A stretch of DNA of 18,110 nt from Octopus sinensis (GCF_006345805.1 NW_021824779.1:1-18110); one strand, 5' to 3'; shown: positions 1 through 8,730, counted from the stretch's first letter. Numbers and translations are program-made. The notes: generated by a model not told the origin, from the letters alone.

Positions 1-6
1 ACAAAA

Positions 7-46
<40 letters not shown>

Positions 47-47
47 C

Positions 48-122
<75 letters not shown>

Positions 123-182
123 TTATATATATATTATATATAAGTATATATATATAATATATATATATTATATATATATATA
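1..182. repeat. (CA)n followed by (TA)n microsatellite
   Basis: Directly visible dinucleotide runs. Confidence 0.97.
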
Positions 183-421
183 GTCACAATGAGGATATTT
201 TTATCCTAGATACAATGGTTTAAGATATTGTATTTTGAAGAAATATTTCTTCAATGAATATATTTTATGAAATATCGTAAAATATCAAACATTTTATCGA
301 GTTAGAAGACAGAGAGATTTAACGGATACAAATTTAGAAAATATATATATAACTATATAATTTTGCATTTTAAAATAGCTTGGGTGGAAACGCATCAGGG
401 TGTATTATATATATATAATAC

Positions 422-622
422 AAATAATTAGAAAATGGAGAAAACATCAGATCAACCAACACATCGATTGGACCACATTTATAGCTTATTTTTAAATACA
501 AAGCATCACATAACAAAATAGATGACGTAACATATCTCATTCTTTGTATTAAAAAATAAGCTACAAATGTGGTTCAATCGATGTGTTTGCTAATTTGTGG
601 TTTTCTCTGTTTTCTAATTATT
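422..622. repeat. Long imperfect inverted repeat (fold-back element), ~80-bp arms, ~38-bp spacer
   Basis: Left arm aaataattagaaaatggagaaaac...cacatcgattggaccacatttatagcttatttttaaatacaaag (422-503) is the reverse complement of ctttgtattaaaaaataagctacaaatgtggttcaatcgatgtg...gttttctctgttttctaattattt (542-622). A unique tail follows to ~790, then (TA)n. Confidence 0.9.
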
Positions 623-812
623 TACATTGGTTCCTGATAAACTATTGTTTATCATTTTGTTACCTGTACTCTACGTGCATGGAGTGCCTGCACAACAATA
701 CCCGGGGATAACACGGGTAACGGATACCGATAGTACATACGGATATTTTATCCCTTAGTTGGTTACTATAACCGCTAACTCTATTTGCGTATAAATATAT
801 ATATATATATAT

Positions 813-1962
813 ATACTAACTGATGTACCAGGTAATTCCCAGGAGTAAAGATGTTCGATTGAAATGCCTTATTAATCCGATATAAATAAGCAGTTTCGTT
901 ATAACTGCCACAAAAGGTGTATTTTTCCGTCACGAAAAAGTACAAAACAACTTTCAGCTAGAGGAATGAGAGAGATTGTTAGAGGTTGGCGAGAGAGGTT
1001 TTCGGAGGTTGGCGAGAGGCAAGGACATTATTCTGCTTAGCGGAGGCGTCTGGGAAATGTATAACTGCTATCATTCATAGAAAAACTATTGTTTTACAGT
1101 GAGAAAAGTGCTGTTATAGTATAAAGTGAAATTTGGCATTCGAGGATCAAATCCACGCTATGCCTGCATGAAGCCACTACAAATACATTGTGGAATAAAA
1201 ACAATTTATCTACTGTCATGGAGAAAGAGTAACTGTAAAAATGCAGAATTATCGGGGTAATGAGCATTCAAAAAAGAATGTATGTATGGTAATGTATGAA
1301 TGAAGTCTTTCAGGTTTAAGATTCAAATTAAGGAAATGCAATAATAATGTTTAACAGTTCAAAACTGTGAATAGTGAAATGCAGAATTATATCGGCTGAT
1401 CCTGAGAATAAAATAGTGATCGCTTCGCTAAAATATGCAGGTGGTATGGGTTATTTCCCTTGGGTTGTTTAAATAAAATATTAGTAATATGTAGTAGAGA
1501 GAAGGATCCATTGGAAGGTCCCTATTATCAATTTTTTTCAATAATCTAAGTATGTCACGAGGTTTCCAGACATGAGTTCTATTCACGTGTCAAATAAAGT
1601 ATAAAAGTGATACTGTCTGCATAAATTATAAATAGGACACACAAAAAATCAATATTCAAAGTAATCAAACATAAACAATGAAATGGGTTCTTTCCCTTGA
1701 GGGTTTTAAAAAAATATTGTACAAGTGCTATGGTTTATTTCCCTTGGGTGTTTAAAAAGAAATTAGTTATATGATGTAGATATAAAGGTACCTTCCAGGG
1801 GCTATATTATCGATTTTTTCAACAATCTAAGTATGTCACGGGATTTCCAGACATGAGTTCTACTCACGCGTCAAATTTCAACTAAATCAATAAAACGATG
1901 TGGGAGGAGTTAGCTAACAACGCCACAAACAACCACACACTGATTTTCCACATATGTAGTAT
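813..1962 (-). mobile_element. Non-autonomous Helitron-like rolling-circle element (Lep1/DINE-like architecture)
   Basis: Sits between (TA)n tracts. The minus strand ends in a decayed GC-rich hairpin followed by ..GTTAGT (CTAGT-like). The other end carries gtcaaatttcaactaaatcaataaaacgatgtgggaggagttag...acaaacaaccacac...tagtata, resembling the ccaaatttcatcaaaatcgg...agtata end of invertebrate non-autonomous Helitrons. Short terminal inverted match atacta/tagtat and internal direct repeats. Family assignment is by recalled motif similarity. Confidence 0.65.
1446..1876. repeat. Internal ~150-bp direct repeat (two diverged copies, period ~283 bp) plus a partial third copy at ~1683
   Basis: tatgggttatttcccttggg...aatctaagtatgtcacgaggtttccagacatgagttctattcacgtgtcaaat (1446-1595) versus tatggtttatttcccttggg...aatctaagtatgtcacgggatttccagacatgagttctactcacgcgtcaaat (1729-1876). 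Confidence 0.92.
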
Positions 1963-2069
1963 AAATATATATGTATTATATATATAGATATAGATATATA
2001 TATATATAATATATATATATATATATACACTATATATATATACTATATTTAAAGCAGCAGAAATTAACA

Positions 2070-2113
2070 AAAGCAGTTACTCAGTTTCACGTTCCCGTTC
2101 GTCGGACAGTTTT
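2070..2113 (-). ncRNA. Second (inverted) copy of the hammerhead motif
   Basis: Minus strand reads aaaactgt-CCGACGA-ACG-ggaa-CGT-GAAAC-tga-GTA-actgcttt. Relative to the plus copy, stem III is 2 nt shorter and stem I has one extra mismatch. Confidence 0.65.
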
Positions 2114-2116
2114 AAC

Positions 2117-2162
2117 AAAACTGTCCGACGAACGGGAACGTGAAACTCTGAGTAACAGCTTT
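2117..2162 (+). ncRNA. Minimal type I hammerhead ribozyme motif, U4C core variant
   Basis: Stem I aaaaCTGT/ACAGcttt; core CCGACGA (2125-2131); stem II ACG-ggaa-CGT with GNRA loop; GAAA (2142-2145); near-palindromic stem III ACTC-T-GAGT; GUA cleavage triplet (2152-2154). Confidence 0.75.
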
Positions 2163-2369
2163 TGTTGTAATCTGCTGCTTTTGAATAAAGCATATTACTC
2201 TACCAATGGTATTTGAGTACTCTTTTTCCACCTGTTTCACATTTATGTGCTTACTCCGGATATATATATATATATAATAATATATATATATATGTAAGCA
2301 AAATAGCTAGTCGTAAAATCTCAAGATTTCAGTGTAATAACTATACTAAGAAGTAAAATCATTGGCCAC

Positions 2370-2531
2370 GTGAAAGTGGCTGCCCCATGTCACTACTAGC
2401 TTAACCCCAGGCAGATTATCCGCTCGTTATCGGTGCGATGCATATAGAGGGTGCAGTGTCGCATCGATAACCAGCTGCCGGACAATCTGCCTGGAATGAA
2501 ACTAGTAGTGACATACAACAGCCACTTTCAC
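2370..2531. mobile_element. Palindromic MITE-like element (~160 bp)
   Basis: Nested complementary blocks gtgaaagtggctg/cagccactttcac, atgtcactactag/ctagtagtgacat, ccaggcagatt/aatctgcctgg, gttatcggtgcga/tcgcatcgataac. No clear TSD. Confidence 0.75.
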
Positions 2532-2544
2532 TATACATATTACG

Positions 2545-2642
2545 GAGATGTACTTGCATAGCAAGTGGCCTGATTTTAAGATCGTGTGCTGAAACAAAAA
2601 CAGTTGCAGCGTGGAAGGTGTTTACAAGCCATTTAAAAACAC
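2545..2642. repeat. Fragment of a dispersed repeat shared with 17220-17260
   Basis: ttgcagcgtggaaggtgtttacaagccatttaaaaacac (2603-2642) matches ttgcaacgtggaaggtgtttataagtcatttcaaaatacac (17220-17260). The left boundary is approximate. Confidence 0.7.
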
Positions 2643-2663
2643 TTTCAACCCTGTAATTCTGTA

Positions 2664-2892
2664 CACACATGCACACAAACACACGCACGCACGCACACAC
2701 ACAACACACACACACACACATTTTTATATATATATAATATAGGCGCATATATTTACATATGTATATATATATGCGTAAAAACATACATGCATATACATAT
2801 ACATATATTCATACATACATACATAAATACATACATACATACATACATACATACATACATACATACATACATACATACATACATACATACAT
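2664..2892. repeat. Compound (CA)n/(TA)n/(CATA)n microsatellite
   Basis: Visible runs; pure (CATA)n at ~2828-2892. Confidence 0.95.
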
Positions 2893-4001
2893 TTATAGGT
2901 TAAACATCTAAAACATTCTACTTGTTATCCGGTTAAATAATTATTATTAATTATAATTAATCGCTGACTTTATGAACCGTGTTGTTCTCTAATCGCCCGG
3001 ACCGCGTGGCGTATGGATATACCGAAGATACGATCAAACAAGCAATCAAACAACAACAAAAAAACACTGTAGGAAACAAGTGCCACTTGTTTTGTGGTGG
3101 TTGAAGATGTTTGAGAGAAAAGATGATAGATGATGCGAGTGGGTTTAAAAATAGGTAATTCTAAGCCAAAGAATGGTTTCATTGGCGTCACAGGTGAAAA
3201 CATGATACAATTGTTGAATGTTAGAAGACCAATGCATCGCTTTTACACCAGCAATGCGACAGGTAACTCCAATTTATGACAGATTTATTACAAGTGGAAT
3301 TATATAGTAAGTCATAATAGACACCAATGGCGGTACAACATGTCGGGTGTGATTAAGGCGTGACAGAAGACAGAGAGCGGCGGAAGGAGTAGAGGTAATG
3401 GAGAAGGTTACATGTTAGCATTCTATCATTATTATTCCATTCTGCAGATATTATGTAGCTAACTATATATATGTATTTCAAGAGAGAGAAAAAACAGTTA
3501 ATTTACAGCAAACGTTTCTTACATTACATTATAGTTATTTATTTCTATAACATCAGAACCGCCATTTTAAATGAGGCTGTTATATTTTATGGAGGCAGAA
3601 AAGAGAACATAAAAAAACCTGATAGCAACAACTTAAATCAATTTCGTTTCGGGTTTTTTTTTTCCCGACAATCTACGTTTTTGATTGATTGCAGTTAATT
3701 TAATGATATTTAGAATTTTATGTAACATTAATTTAAATCGCATTAATGCTTTCCCAGCAAATTTATACAAAATAATCTTTGCAATGTGTTCGTTTCAAAG
3801 TTCGTTTTCGTTATTCAGCAATTATGCCATGAATTCTACGTTCGATATACGTACACGCATACACATACACATACACAAACGCCCACGCGCACACATACAC
3901 ACATACGCACAACTATGCTTGAATTTAAGTATGTGTAAATATACATACACATATGTGTGTGTGTGCATATATCTGGTCGCAGCCCTCGGGCTGAAACTAG
4001 G

Positions 4002-4338
4002 GAACCCCCTTCGGTCACGAATGACCATGGGATCGCACCTAGAAAGTTACCCTCCGAGGCAAGTTCAAGCAAGGTTGTTTATTGAAGACCAGCAGTAGCC
4101 CATGCAAACCAGCCTCTCTTCTCCATGCCACTGATGTTAACTAAGGGAAAGGCAAAGGGGCCGATACAGCTTGGCACCAGTGATGTCGCAACTCATTTCT
4201 ACAGCAGAGTGCACTGGAGCAACGTGAAAATAAAGTGTCTTGCTCAAGAACGTAACATGCAACCCGGTCCGGGAATCGAACTCACAACCTCACGATCGTA
4301 AGCTCGACGCTCTAACAACTGAGCCATGCGCTTTCACA
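4002..4338 (-). mobile_element. Full-length tRNA-derived SINE with target-site duplication
   Basis: Minus-strand head with A box TGGCTCAGTTG, Arg(ACG)-like loop TTACGAT and B box GAGTTCGATTC; CORE-like central part gttcttgagcaagacactt; 3' hairpin ggtcattcgtgacc; 12-bp direct repeat gctgaaactagg at 3990-4001 and 4339-4350. Confidence 0.9.
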
Positions 4339-4527
4339 GCTGAAACTAGGAAAACAATATATACACGTGTGTGCGTGTGCGTGTGTGTTATGCACTTATC
4401 CAAAAATGCTGGTTGAATTCGTCATCACCAAGGTTTTATCTCACCTGTCTAAAATTTTACCTGAAGATGGTGAAATTATACCGAGGTAATCTGTGAATAC
4501 ATTGATAAAATACTATTGCATGTATGA

Positions 4528-4726
4528 GGAGCTTCAGTACAGTTTCCTTCCACCAAGTACCAATCAAGAAGCATTAGATAACCAGAGTTAGGAATCCTGT
4601 GTTGGGAAAACCTGAGTTAGGACAACCTGTGTTAGGAAACATTTGCCCGTCAAGCAGGGCTGTGGGATGGAATCGAACGTAATCGAACGATTATTAAGTT
4701 AACCTCTTAACAACACAGCCATGCCT
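4528..4726 (-). mobile_element. Highly diverged copy of the 5' half of SINE family A
   Basis: cagtttccttccaccaagtacc...catttgccc...ggaatcgaac...cttaacaacacagccatgcct aligns loosely to 8078-8227. Contains a ~15-bp internal tandem repeat (cctgtgttaggaaaa-like) at ~4582-4640. Confidence 0.55.
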
Positions 4727-5089
4727 TCATCTGTACCCTATTCTTTACGAGGTCATGTGTACGTAAGACACCCTAATATTTAGGTCAGACTGTTACAATT
4801 TCTGTACAGACGTCACTTTCTCAGCTATTGGTGGCGGGGTGGGGGACTTATCAAAGAGCCACATGTACTGCAGTATAGAGGCGTAGATGTTACTTAAATC
4901 TCTCGACTGATATTAGTAACATTTAGAGATCCGTTTCTTCCATCTTATCGGGTTCTCTTGTCATTCATGATTACCTGTCATAAATACGACCGAGTCCTAT
5001 CAATAGTCTATTGTGAAACAACCTGAGTGTGAGCCGTGGCAGGCGCTTTTGTTTCATATCTTGAAATCAGCGGCGATTGACAAGGCTTT

Positions 5090-5210
5090 TGATCAACAGC
5101 ATTCCAACCGTGACCACCTCGTGGACTATAATAGTTAAGCTGACACTTGAATTGTTTGAGTCAGTCCGCTGTGATTTGAAGGAGACTCTCCTGTTGTCTC
5201 GTCAACGAGG
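5090..5210 (+). repeat. Old diverged dispersed repeat (related copies at ~7057-7187 and ~9042-9204)
   Basis: Shared ordered motifs (g)atcaaa.g.c(a/g)tt(c/t)c..(tg)acca(t/c)c followed ~60 bp later by gt(g/a)at(t/c)tga(a/g)gg...tg(c/t)t(a/g)t. Identity is low and judged by eye. Confidence 0.45.
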
Positions 5211-5445
5211 GCTACAAAGTACGAAGGGAAGCTTACGTTGCTAATAGCAACACTGTAACCTTGGTAACGTTTTGTTGTCATGACCACAGGAGGGGGGGGC
5301 TGCAGTAAAAATGATTAGAGTTTATCTTCCATCGATGGATATTTCAGACAGTGAAAGTAAAATGATTAATTAAATGAAAAAAAAAAAAAAATTTATTCAA
5401 TGGAAAGACTGCTTCAATAAGGACGACTTCTTTACACATATACAC

Positions 5446-5448
<3 letters not shown>

Positions 5449-5497
<49 letters not shown>

Positions 5498-6366
5498 TGT
5501 GTGTGTGTGTGTGTCTGTGTGTATGTGTGTGTGTGTATGTGTGTGCGTGTGTGTACATACATATATATACATATATATGCATAAGTACAAATATACATTT
5601 ATCTATATAAATATTATATATATATATACATATATATATATTATGCTACATATATATGTGTGTGAATAACTTGACTTATAATACGGTTCTATATTCAAGA
5701 GATGAGGAATTATGTTCATTATTTACGTTGTTTACATTTGACGGATATTTGTCCTCATCTTGTTTGTTGTTAACACAACGTTTTGGCTAAAATGCCCCAA
5801 TTATGGAGTGAATTTTAGGGCTTATAAATCTAATATTTTCCTATTCTTCCTTAATACCAGTTTGACCAAAGCCTTGTGAGTGGATTTGGTAGGCAGAAAC
5901 TGAAAGAAGCCCGTCGTATGTGTGTGTGTGTGTATGTGTGTGTGTGTTGTGTGTGTCTGTGTGTAGTGTGTGTTGTATGTGTGTGCGTGTGTGTACATAC
6001 ATATATATACATATATATGCATAAGTACAAATATACATTTATCTATATAAATATATATATATATATACATATATATAAGATATATATATGCATACATATA
6101 TATGTGTGTGAATAACTTGACTTATAATACGGTTCTATATTCAAGAGATGAGGAATTATGTTCATTATTTACGTTGTTTACATTTGACGGATATTTGTCC
6201 TCATCTTGTTTGTTGTTAACACAACGTTTTGGCTAAAATGCCCCAATTATGGAGTGAATTTTAGGGCTTATAAATCTAATATTTTCCTATTCTTCCTTAA
6301 TACCAGTTTGACCAAAGCCTTGTGAGTGGATTTGGTAGGCAGAAACTGAAAGAAGCCCGTCGTATG
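5449..6366. repeat. Tandem duplication, unit ~445 bp, with (GT)n at the unit boundaries
   Basis: The unique segments 5664-5920 and 6110-6366 read identical; ataagtacaaatatacatttatct occurs at 5581 and 6021. Confidence 0.95.
5863..5920 (+). mobile_element. SINE family A internal fragment (duplicated portion)
   Basis: gaccaaagccttgtgagtggatttggtaggcagaaactgaaagaagcccgtcgtat, as in the other family A copies. Confidence 0.85.
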
Positions 6367-6581
6367 TGTGTGTGTGTGTATGTGTGTATGTTTGTGTGTG
6401 TGTGTGTGTGTGTGTGCTTGTGTGTTACGTTCCCGTAACTTGGTTCGGCCTAAGAGTCTAACAGAAGTATTAGGCTTACAAAGAATAAGTCCTGGGGTGA
6501 TTTGTTCGACTAAATGTGGTACTCCAGCATGGCCACAATCAAATGACTGAAACCAGTAAAAGAATAAAAGGATAAAAGAAT
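6309..6581 (+). mobile_element. 5'-truncated SINE family A copy
   Basis: gaccaaagccttgtgagtgg...(GT)n...cccgtaactt...gaataagtcctggggtgatttgttcgactaaa...ctccagcatggccacaatcaaatgactgaaaccagtaaaagaataaaag. Confidence 0.88.
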
Positions 6582-6760
6582 ATTTATATACAAAATGTAA
6601 TTTAGAAAGATGATTCCATCAGAATCCTTTCCATTTGTAGAAATGAATATATTGGTCACAAAATGACATCAGATTTAGCAGACGGAATGGTACTTTGTCT
6701 TCAAGAGAATAAGAATCTCAGAACTTTTGTTTCGAGAGAAGCCTTTCAGCACATAACAAA

Positions 6761-6982
6761 GGCGGCGAACTGGCAGAATGGTTAGCACGCCAGGCGAAAT
6801 GCTTGGCGGTATTTCGTCTGCCGCTACGTTCTGAGTTCAAATTAGGCCGAGGTCGACTTTGCCTTTCATCCTTTCGGGGTCGATTAAATAAGTAGCAGTT
6901 ATGCACTTGGGTCGATATAATCGACTTAATCCATTTGTCTGTCCCCTCTATGTGTAGCTCCTTGTGGGCAATAAAGAAATAA
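6761..6982 (+). mobile_element. tRNA-derived SINE family B (MetaSINE-like central domain)
   Basis: A box TGGCAGAATGG, B box GAGTTCAAATT, central gactttgcctttcatcctttcggggtcgattaaataagta, A-rich tail. A second copy lies at 16411-16627 on the minus strand. Confidence 0.88.
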
Positions 6983-7857
6983 CATTGTTTTAAACTACAT
7001 CTGCTGTTTGACCTCCAAGTCAGGCCTCATCGGGCAGATCTTCGATCAAAAGACGTTTCAGAATTGACCATCCCTACTTTGTCCAATATCTCATTTATTT
7101 AAGACACGGTGGATGTGATCTGAAGGCACTGAGGGTGAATTGTTTGCTATTTCTATTATTCCATGTGACCGGGTGGAGGCGTCCTCTTTGGTGTTTTACC
7201 ATAAAGCCGGGTCACACTTACTGCCCTCCCTGAAACACTTTACTAAGCTGTGTGGAGGCAATAAACTAGAATATTGTCTAAAAGAAATGAAAACAAACCA
7301 ACATTCTTATTGCTAAACAAACAGAGAAAACAAAAGAAAAAACACATAAAAATCAACAAAACGTAAAAATGTTTGAACAGCAAGTATTTATACACCACAA
7401 CAAGCAAATATTAATGCACTAATATTTTGGTGGGGGTGTGTGTATAAACAGTAACAGCCTAGTCTAAGCATGTGTGTATGTAAGAGCAGCGACTCCTGAA
7501 AGCTCGAGTTTATTTAACTAGTATAATCAACAAACGATGAAAACTAGTAGAGCAACGTGGTCTGCGTAGAATGTTTGACCTTGCTAAAAGTAGCAGCAGA
7601 ATTTCACACGGCAAGCTCTTCGGTTGTCTTTTTAAAATGGCGAATAAATATTTCAGGCTCTACATTTTTTTCGGGGGGGACAAACACTAGAATTTAAAAA
7701 CGTATGACTGTTCACCCCCGACTGCCCGTTGATTTAGCAACGAGGGATTTTACTGAAACCCTCGATATGTGATGACTTCTTTTCCAGGGAGTTACAACGG
7801 TCGGTTTTATGAAAGTACATCAATAAAACCCAAGGGAAACTCTTCCCGAACCCTTAA

Positions 7858-8227
7858 TTTATTCTTTTACTTGTTTCAGTCATTTGAATGCAGCCATGCT
7901 GGAGCACCGCCTTTGACCAAACAAATCGACCCCAGGTCTTATTCTTTGTAAGTCTAGTACTTATTCTATCAGTGTCTTTTGCCGAACCGCTAGTTACGGG
8001 GACGTGGACACCCCAACATCGGTTGTCAAGTGATGGTGGGGGACAAAGACACACGCACATATACGACGGGCTTCTTTCAGTTTCCGTCTACCAAATCCAT
8101 TCACAAGGCTTTGGTCGACCCGAGGCTATAGCAGAAGACACTTGCCCAAGGTACCACGCAGTGGGACTGAACCCGGAGCCATGTGGTTGGTAAGCAAACT
8201 ACTTACCACACAGCCACTCTTCCTGCC
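7858..8227 (-). mobile_element. Near full-length SINE family A (tRNA head, CORE-like domain, internal microsatellite)
   Basis: Minus strand: gagtggctgtgtggtaagtag...GGTTCAGTCCC...ccttgggcaagtgtcttct...gactgaaacaagtaaaagaata. Collinear with 12548-12965 and 16770-17160. Confidence 0.92.
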
Positions 8228-8377
8228 AAATTCAGCCTCAGTTTACATCGTCTTACAAAGGAGAGATCAGATTGTGTGGTGCTGTCCGTGGGTTACCTCA
8301 TGCCTGAAAGGAAACGGCAATGGAGAAAGGATAGCGGCCATGACAGTTTTTAGCGAGTCCTGAGGAAAGTGAATGTA

Positions 8378-8572
8378 GGTCGTCAAGTGGTTAGGGTGGT
8401 TTCGGATCCCAGGCCGGGTGGCGCTTTGTGTTCTTGAGCAAAACACGTCATTTGATGTTGCTTGAAATCCACTCAGCTGTAAATGAGTTAAACCTGCGAT
8501 GGACTGGCGTCTCGTCCAGGGGCAACGTTGTGATCTCGACTACTTATATACCATTGAAACCGGCCGTATGAG
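8378..8572 (+). mobile_element. Diverged tRNA-derived SINE with CORE-like and V-domain-like segments
   Basis: gtggttagggt...ttcggatccc...gttcttgagcaaaacac...cactcagctgtaaatgagt (shared with 4002-4338), then cctgcgatggactggcgtctcgtccagggg, resembling the V-SINE domain. Confidence 0.65.
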
Positions 8573-8580
8573 ACAGGGGT

Positions 8581-8730
8581 TGATGATGATGATGACGATC
8601 ATCATCATGATCATCATCATCATCATAATCTTCATCATCATCATCATTATCATCATCATCATTATCATCATCATGGGGATCACAATGATTATGATGACGT
8701 GGAGGAGGAGGAGCAGGAACAGGAGGAAGT
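8581..8730. repeat. (GAT)n/(CAT)n and (GGA)n trinucleotide repeats
   Basis: Visible runs. Confidence 0.93.

Larger units (their letters stand above)
2051..2260. mobile_element. Fold-back non-coding element (palindrome 2051-2181 plus ~80-bp tail), probably Penelope-like (PLE) pseudo-LTR derived
   Basis: Arms 2051-2113 and 2117-2181 are reverse complements with a 3-nt loop (aac). Each arm contains a hammerhead motif, and the element is flanked by (TA)n on both sides. Inverted partial terminal repeats with minimal hammerheads are an established PLE feature. Confidence 0.7.

Noticed and set aside
3194-3268. Possible small exon (cag|GTGAAAACATG...ACAG|gtaact)
   Set aside because: Weak polypyrimidine tract, unrecognisable peptide, and no neighbouring exons.
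4260-4338. tRNA-like sequence with A and B boxes
   Set aside because: No proper acceptor stem, and it continues into a SINE body bounded by a TSD. It is a SINE head, not a tRNA gene.
4582-4640. Short regularly spaced repeats as a CRISPR-like array
   Set aside because: Contiguous ~15-bp tandem units without unique spacers, in a eukaryotic SINE context.
5771-5790. Minus strand agcc-AAAAC-GTT-gtgtt as a hammerhead relic
   Set aside because: No core 5' strand or stem II partner in this window.
6999-7040. Minus strand atctgc-CCGATGA-GGCCT..AGGTC-AAACA-gcagat, hammerhead-like
   Set aside because: Lacks G12, stem III and the UH triplet, so there are too many deviations to call.
7888-8193. Recurrent peptide YDGLLSVSVYQIHSQGFGRPEAI.. 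in several ORFs (also 12734, 16515, 5841)
   Set aside because: It is the antisense reading of SINE family A, not a gene family.
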